This document shows, one piece after another, positions 56,601 to 64,000 of a stretch of 64,000 nt of DNA. How positions within the stretch are numbered: position 1 is the stretch's first letter; the number at the start of each line of letters is the position of its first letter. The position numbers and the translations under genes are program-made. The stretch comes from the human T2T-CHM13v2.0 reference genome, Homo sapiens. The notes below the pieces were generated by a model. It searched no databases. It saw only the letters and a list, made by a program, of their open reading frames with translations, and was not told where the DNA came from. The stretch lies in assembly GCF_009914755.1 (NCBI RefSeq), contig NC_060932.1; one strand, 5' to 3'.

Positions 56601-57684
56601 TGTCCCTACAGTGTGTCAGTGTCTCTTTGCCTTCAGGTCTCTGCACAGACGGGCTTCTTGCTGCTCCTCACACGCCACGGTTTGGGATTGAGTGGCTAAT
56701 CCACTGCCTGGTATATGTTCTGTGCAAGGTTTTTCTTTTCTGCAGAGCTGAGAATCACCATGTAAAGTCTAATTTTCCTTTTATACACAGGGATGAGTAG
56801 GTCTGAGTGCTGCAATGGCCCATCAATCCCTTTAGTAATAGCGACCTGCTGTGAGCTCACAGGACGGCTGGTGTGGCCACTGATGCTCACCTGCCCTCAG
56901 ACACACCACGGATGGAGACTCTGGCAAGTCCGTGTTGCCTTTAATGTAAGCGCCAGCCTGCAGCTTGCAAACATGGCACTCTCGGCCCGGCCGGCTCTGG
57001 CTGCTGAGTGCTGGGGCCTGGGGTCATGGCCTCATCGCTTCTGCTTCCCTCTCCTGCTCCCCAGGCAGCCCATGCTGACTGTGGACTGAGAGCAGCTGGG
57101 CGGAGCCTGGGGCTCTGCTGCGGGGTCAGCCTTCGTGAGGCTCCCAGGTCAGCAACGTATAGAATTCCAGATGCGGGACTGAGAGATTCCTGAAGGATTG
57201 CCTGGTCCGATTCTCCCGCCTCTTTCCGGGGAGGGGCAGATTATGGGAAAAGGGAGCTAATTAACATATTGTGAAGGGCTAAAGGGGTCACTTTTACATT
57301 ATGTGCATTCTAACACAGTTTTTAAAAGTTTAGATAGAACCAAAGTGCTCACACTGCCCTGCCTTCTAAGGCGGCACGAACTCGCTCCCACATCGGCAAC
57401 AGGTGAGGCCAACCTGATTATTGTAGACAAATGTGTGTCAGTTATGTTCCAAAGTCGCTTCAGTAGATGTTGAGCATGTCTTCTTGGATTCTAAAACAAC
57501 CGCACATGGGCAGTGTTAGATCCTCCCTTCTCTGTCCGGGATCCCAGAGGCTAAGTCTCAGGGTGAAGCCAATCCCACAAAACCATCCCTGGGAACAGCC
57601 ATTTCGGCCTCTCTGGCTTAGTGTGCGCCAGGATCCCACTGTGCCTTCACAGAACTCCCACTTTCTATCCGGACAGACTCAGTT

Positions 57685-57849
57685 CCGACACACACTGCCA
57701 GCACCACCACCAGAGACCCGACACACACTGCCAGCACCACCACCAGAGACCCGACACACACTGCCAGCACCACCACCAGAGACCCGACACACACTGCCAG
57801 CACCACCACCAGAGACCCGACACACACTGCCAGCACCACCACCAGAGAC
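57685..57849. repeat. 33-bp VNTR, 5 perfect copies
   Basis: CCGACACACACTGCCAGCACCACCACCAGAGAC. Confidence 0.98.
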
Positions 57850-57869
57850 CGGGACGCAGAGCCAAGCAT

Positions 57870-58175
57870 TTATTTTTACATATATACTTTTTGAGACAGT
57901 GTCTCGCTCTGTTGGCCAGGCCGGAGTGCGGTGGTGTGATCACAGCTCACTGCAGCCTTGACCTCCTCGGGCTCAGGCAGTCCTCCTGCTTCAGCCTCCT
58001 GAGTAGCTGAGACTACAGGTGCTTGCCACCACACCCGGCTAATTTTTTTATTTTTGTTGAGACAGGGTCTTGCTTTGTTTTCCAGGCTGGTCTCCAACTC
58101 CTGGGCTCATGTGTTCCTCTTGCCTTCGCTTCCCAAAGTGCTGGGGTTACAGGTGTGAGCCACCACACCCGGCCT
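57870..58175 (-). mobile_element. Alu (AluJ-like)
   Basis: gatcacagctcactgcagccttgacctcc... Confidence 0.9.
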
Positions 58176-58624
58176 GAGCTGTGCATTTATTATGGGCTTA
58201 ACATATATTTGTTGAAGGAAAGAATAACAGAGAAAAAGGCTATGATGGTGAGGAGGGCTGGAGAATTCCCTTTCCCGATGGAACATAGGCATTCTTGGTT
58301 GCCGGCAAGGGTAAGGAAAGATGCCACAAGCACCACAGCTGGCTCTCTGTGCAACTGACCCAGCCTGCTTCCCCAAGCTGCGGCTGTTCTGGAGCTGGTG
58401 CCCGAGAGAAACAGGTCCACATTCCAGCTCTTGGGTGGCCCTGGAGTCCGTCCTGTTTTCATGCACCTGTGACTATGACTTCCACAGATCTCTCAGGCTC
58501 CCTCTAAACTGAAGTAATGTTAGGAAATAACTTATACACTTTTGTCTGCAGTAAACAGTTTGGCCTTATATGTTGCAGATGTGGAACCTTAGAAGGCGGG
58601 AATGTATGAGCACCTTGTTTTTAT

Positions 58625-59185
58625 CTAAACTTTAAAATATTGTAGCATAATACACATAATGTAAAAGTGAGCATTTTAACCACCTTTAAGGGTACTGTTC
58701 AGTGGTGTTAAGTACATTCACATCATCGTGCAGGCACCACCACCACCCAGGACCTTTTCATCCTCCCACCCGAAACTCTGTTCCCATTAAACCCTCAGTC
58801 CCCATTCCCCTCCCCCAGCCCCTGGTACCCACAGTTCTACTTCCTGTCTCTGTGAATCTGACTACCCTAAGCCCTTCATAGGAGTACATATTTGTCTCTT
58901 TGTGACAGGCTTATTTTACTCAGCAAAATGTCCTCAGGGTTCATGCACATTGCAGGAGGTGTTGGGATTTCCCTCATGTATTTATGGACCACATTCTACT
59001 GATCCATTCATCACCAATGGACGCTTGGGCTGCCTCCCCACCGGGGCGGTCGTGAACGATACTACGAAGGATGTAGGTGTGACAATATCTCTCCAAGACC
59101 CCGTGTCCAATTCTTCGGATCTACACAAGTAATTGCTGGATCATGTAGTAGTTCTAGCTTTAATTTTTTGAGGAACTACCATACT
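58625..59185 (-). mobile_element. L1MB-like 3' fragment
   Basis: ttcagtggtgttaagtacattcaca...gaaactctgttcccattaaac...ttaattttttgaggaactaccatact. Confidence 0.8.
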
Positions 59186-59456
59186 ATATAGAGTAATGTT
59201 AAGTCCATTATGTCGTGACAAGTATATATTACATAATAATATACCTTTAAAAATTAAGTATCATTTAATTTTAGAAAGTTTTCAGATCTGAGTTACTGAT
59301 GTGGTCAATACATTCGTAACAGCCAGAATAATCTATTGTGACATTGGCATCAGCAGCTTAGAGAAGGCTGTCACAGCAACGGGACATTGCCCTGTAGACA
59401 TTGTGCGTGTGACATGGAGACCCTAACTCAGATACGTTCCTGTTGCTCTTTTCAAG

Positions 59457-59620
59457 AGATGCTAAGATCTCATCCAGTGAGCATATGAGAATCGGGGGGA
59501 GTGAAGAGATGGCTTGGCTGCAGATATGTGAGCCGACTGAGAAGGATAAAGGAAAATACACTTTTGAGATTTTCGATGGCAAAGACAACCATCAACGCTC
59601 CCTTGACCTGTCCGGACAAG
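59457..59620 (+). CDS. MYOM2: Exon T, Ig My12 part 2 (KDAKISSSEH...DLSGQ)
   Basis: tttcaag|A, AAG|gtaaga; 164 nt, phase 2-1; DKGKY Ig motif. Confidence 0.96.
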
Positions 59621-59874
59621 GTAAGAGAATTCTTCTTTAGCATTTAATAATTTCCTATTTAGAAATCCATTTAGATGCTGAAGGGAGGGAATACAATATG
59701 AATACAAGAGACAATATGAATTTACAATTTTCATTTAGAGAAAATGAAAAAATAAATTTATTCTTTTTTTATATATCAGTTTTCATGAACCAGATTCACT
59801 GGTATAATATTTGAGTGAATAAATAAAATCTGAACACTGAAATGGTTAGTAACGTATGAACTATTTCCTCACAG

Positions 59875-59911
59875 CTTTTGATGAAGCATTTGCAGAATTC
59901 CAGCAATTCAA
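59875..59911 (+). CDS. MYOM2: Exon U, 37-nt mini-exon, first part of helix after My12 (AFDEAFAEFQQF)
   Basis: ctcacag|CT, CAA|gtaaga; phase 1-2. Confidence 0.93.
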
Positions 59912-60155
59912 GTAAGATTTGTGTATTTAGTTACTATGATATCCTGTGGGCAGTTGAGTCCCAGTCGTTTTGGCTGCATGTGGGAATCTGTATGGAAGCC
60001 TGGGTGACCTAAAGAAAGAGCCATTCCTGGGACAGAAGTGGGAATTTAAGCAATGCAGTATATGGAGGGGTGGGCATTCTCCTAAACCAGAAATGCATTT
60101 ATAAACGGACTGTCCAGAGTCATCGGAACCCCGGATGAATTTCGGAAATCATTAT

Positions 60156-60585
60156 TGTGAGAGTTGAAGAAAGAGAAAAGAAACACGCAAAGCAGATTAA
60201 CAGTCAAAGACAGGTTTATTTTGGAGAATAAACCTGAGTGGGGCTTTTGGCCGATTTCGGTCAGGAGCGCTTTCTTTTACAGACTAAGGGTATTTAAGGG
60301 TTCTGGCTCAGGCTAGGAAGGTTTCTGTGTGGAGGAGAGTTTTATTGTGAGGTTGGAATACCTCTGGTTGGAGGGGAGCTTATCTCAGGGTTGGAATGTT
60401 TTTGATTGGAGGGCAGGTTATGCCAGGGTTGGTATGTTTCTGGTCGGAGGTGTCATTTGTGGTTTATGGCCATGCTGACATTAGCCCTTAAGCTGATGTT
60501 TTTGGGCTGGACTTAGGCGGTTTCTAATCAAGGAAGACTTAAAATGGCGATGCTAGTCCAAGATGGCGGTGCTGCTGCTCTGCCA
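60156..60585 (-). mobile_element. Solo ERV LTR (family tentative, LTR47-like)
   Basis: TG...CA ends. Minus strand reads TGGCAGAGCAGCAGCACCGCCATCTTGGAC, then TATA-like TTAAATA, then AATAAA, i.e. U3-R-U5 order. No clear TSD. Confidence 0.65.
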
Positions 60586-61108
60586 GTCATCATCAGGGCA
60601 GCACATCACACACAGCAACTTTTTAAGGACAATTCGGGGTTTTCAAATGCACCATCGAGTCTTCGCACATCCGAAGCTGACCGCAGTCCTTGGCCCATGC
60701 TAGCTTATTTAATGAACATTTGTTGACTGGGTGCAGGGATGAGCAAGATAGATCAGAAACTGACAAATTCCGAAAATATCTCAAGTCTCCAGTGCAATCT
60801 AGTGAATTTGTGAAAAAAAAAAAAATCTCTTCAACCTGTGAGCTGGAATGCTAAACTTTTCTGTGGGTTTTAGCATCTGGATAATAGGGCATTTTCCACC
60901 TCAAAATGGGCAGTGGGAACCATCAGGAAAAATCAGTGATATCCATCCTGGGGTCCTGTGACCCGAACATGTTCTTCTAAGAGAATGCAAACGTATCTCC
61001 TTCTTCTTTTGCTTCATCGCTAGTGAGCCTCTCAGCTGTGCATTTTGTTGGAAGCATTTTCTCATACTCTCTTTTCATTCTCTCCTTTCTGTCCCCTTTA
61101 ACTTTTAG

Positions 61109-61131
61109 AGCTGCTGCTTTTGCAGAGAAGA
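61109..61131 (+). CDS. MYOM2: Exon V, 23-nt microexon, second part of helix after My12 (KAAAFAEK)
   Basis: Long pyrimidine tract, cttttag|A, AGA|gtaagt; phase 2-1, needed to restore the frame. Confidence 0.92.
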
Positions 61132-61254
61132 GTAAGTACCTGTTGGATTGTAACCAGGATGGTGAATTATTTGGGGTGGGGCAAAAGTGTCCATATTTTG
61201 GAGGACCAACTTTGTGTATTAAATAATAACCAGCAATCCCCCACCCTGATGTAA

Positions 61255-61813
<559 letters not shown>

Positions 61814-62133
61814 TCAGGGACACACGCGGCTCTCCAGGCCTTCCGTCCTCGGTGAATTCTTCACCCTTCAAGCCCAGTTCCCATCTCACATTTCCTCTGG
61901 AGTGTTTCTCCCCCAACCCCTTCACAGAGTCTGTTATCTCCTCATCTACCTTCCCTTGGCTTTGGTTTATCCCTCAACTGTAAACATATAAACCTTTTTC
62001 TTTGATGCTCGCTCTCTCCTGAGCATAAACTCCTCACCACATTCACCTTGGTACCCACTGCTGCTTACATGGCTCCTGCTCCGTGGGAACGTCCCGCAGA
62101 TGTTTTCCTAACCAAGGTGCTTTCCCGTTGCAG

Positions 62134-62189
62134 ATCGTGGCAGGTTGATCGGCGGCTTGCCTGACGTGGTGACCATCATGGAAGGGAAG
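62134..62189 (+). CDS. MYOM2: Exon W, start of Ig My13 (NRGRLIGGLPDVVTIMEGK)
   Basis: cctaac branch-like motif, gttgcag|AT, AAG|gtgagg; 56 nt, phase 1-0. Confidence 0.95.
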
Positions 62190-63396
62190 GTGAGGATTCT
62201 AAACTCGGCCGGGGTGGGGGTGTCAGCACGGTGCGATGGACGCAACCCCTTCTCTTGGGGCGGAGCAGAGGGAACCCAGTGAGGGGCTTCTGTGTCCTCA
62301 CTCAGCCTGCAGGGAACCCAGAGTCCCCCCCACTTTTCTGCCCCTCCTAGACGGCTTGGAATAGCCCCTGTATTCTCAAAGGAAGGAATCACATAACATT
62401 CCGAATCCACAAACCTGTGTTCAGAGGAACACGTTGTGCCACTCAGGCACCTCAAGGCAAGTGCTGTGGCTTTGGGTGTTTCTATGCCCCTGTGGCCATT
62501 CACCCAGAGGAGCAACTGCAGGATGAGGCAGCCACACTCGCCCTGACCTACCTGCGTGTGTGAAGGTGCAAGCCCCCTGCTTCCAGTGTGAAACAGCACA
62601 GCTTTTACAACACGAAGGAAAAAAAAATCTCTGCTCCTATTCTCAAGGTCATTGTGGAACACATCGTGGAAGCCACTTATTGGAGTTTAATTTGTTGCCT
62701 GTCGGGAGAATTATTGATATCTAATTGATAGCTGTCTGGTTGCTTCAGTGGGTCTAACTCAATGTCACAGGGACAGAGATACTTGAGAAAATTTTATTAG
62801 CCCAAAAGACAAAAATTTATAGACGTCTTCTTTAGTAGCTAATGGAAGCCTAGAGAGCTCTTGAGATCTCATCTTAAGGATGTAATTGAGAAATTAGCAA
62901 TCGTTTTACTTTATCCTAGGCTGAAAGCATGTTTTAACTAAGCTTCAAGAATGCATTTTTTTGCCTCCAATTTACCAGTTATAAAACGATATATTCAATG
63001 GGTTTGCCAGAGGAACTGGTAAGAGGGATCCATAACTCTAAATAGAAAGGAAATTTGGGAGCAGACTGGATATATCTACTATAAAACATAGAGCTTAATT
63101 AAATTACTTTCAAATTCTTTAATTGACTTAGGCTATGGATAAAAGCTAAGAATAAATAGGACACATGCTCACTGATTTTTTTACGAGCTCGCCTGTGAAG
63201 TGGTGAACCTGTTCCCTGCTGTCCTCTGCCTGCTCTGTCCAGAGCGGCGCTCATGTACATAAAGGCTTGTTTCTAAACAAACGATTGAAGGACCAATAAA
63301 TGTAACTGAGTGTGACCTGGAGCCCACCGTCCGAGGGGGTGACATGACTTTCCTTTTTCTAACTCTTCCTTCTCCACCAACCTCTTCCGTCCAAAG

Positions 63397-63714
63397 ACCT
63401 TGAATCTGACCTGCACGGTGTTTGGAAACCCTGACCCCGAAGTGATTTGGTTCAAGAACGACCAGGACATCCAGCTCAGCGAGCACTTCTCGGTGAAGGT
63501 GGAGCAGGCCAAGTACGTCAGCATGACCATCAAAGGCGTGACCTCCGAGGACTCGGGCAAGTACAGCATCAACATCAAGAATAAGTATGGCGGGGAGAAG
63601 ATCGACGTGACAGTGAGCGTGTACAAACACGGGGAGAAGATCCCGGACATGGCCCCGCCCCAGCAAGCCAAGCCCAAGCTCATCCCCGCGTCTGCCTCAG
63701 CGGCAGGCCAGTGA
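63397..63714 (+). CDS. MYOM2: Terminal exon coding part, Ig My13 and C-terminal tail (TLNLTCTVFGNPDP...SAAGQ*)
   Basis: gtccaaag|ACC acceptor, I-set Ig motifs (GNPDPEVIWFK, EDSGKY), TGA at 63712-63714. Confidence 0.97.
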   Translation, partial: TLNLTCTVFGNPDPEVIWFKNDQDIQLSEHFSVKVEQAKYVSMTIKGVTSEDSGKYSINIKNKYGGEKIDVTVSVYKHGEKIPDMAPPQQAKPKLIPASASAAGQ

Positions 63715-64000
63715 AGGCGTTTTCCTAGCCTGGAGATGGGAAAATATGCTTGGCAGAGACAGGAATGCTGTGTGCTTGTTCCAAATGAGCAGCTGGCATC
63801 CGAGTGGTGTCCTGTGTGGGCTGATAGTTGATCACACATTGTGCTTTTGATTTTTGCATTTGGTGATGAATATTTTATACCCGTCTAAGGGAGAAAGCTA
63901 ATGTTTTCCACAAGACTGAACAACGTGTATTTACACGAGGGTAGACGGCAGATGCCTGACAGAGAGTGGGTTGGCAGACAACACACTAGAATTTTCACGG
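63715..64000 (+). other. MYOM2: MYOM2 3'UTR (truncated by window end)
   Basis: Follows the stop codon; no AATAAA seen before 64000. Confidence 0.85.

Noticed and set aside
62108-62662. 184-aa minus-strand ORF
   Set aside because: Non-ATG start, no recognisable domain, overlaps exon W antisense
63181-63839. Antisense ORFs over the terminal exon
   Set aside because: Expected shadow of a GC3-rich coding exon

Overview
Primate (most likely human) genomic DNA containing the 3' two-thirds of MYOM2 (myomesin-2 / M-protein) on the + strand. I traced 24 consecutive GT-AG coding exons (3747-63714). They join in one uninterrupted frame of 2882 nt, about 960 aa, encoding four FN3 domains (My5-My8), five Ig domains (My9-My13) with their inter-domain helices, and the stop codon. 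The 3'UTR runs off the window. If the gene has 37 exons (recalled, not checked) these are exons 14-37. Introns carry many Alu, L1, MaLR/ERV LTR and MIR fragments and an unusually dense set of minisatellites (units of 21, 27, 31, 33, 40, 50 and 63 bp), as expected near a chromosome end. Nearly all non-exon ORFs in the track are repeat or chance artefacts. I see no novel gene or prokaryote-type system. The best leads are regulatory: (1) an Alu whose target-site duplication copied a perfect 5' splice site and placed it on top of a polyA signal; (2) a 63-bp VNTR that forms an array of about 17 RBFOX UGCAUG sites behind an exon with a competing in-frame internal donor; (3) a CpG/CRE-dense 40-bp VNTR that looks like an intragenic promoter or enhancer; (4) elastic helices encoded by their own symmetric mini-exons; (5) an LTR hairpin with AATAAA on both strands upstream of the dimerisation-domain exons. 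Repeat boundaries and subfamilies were read by eye and are approximate.
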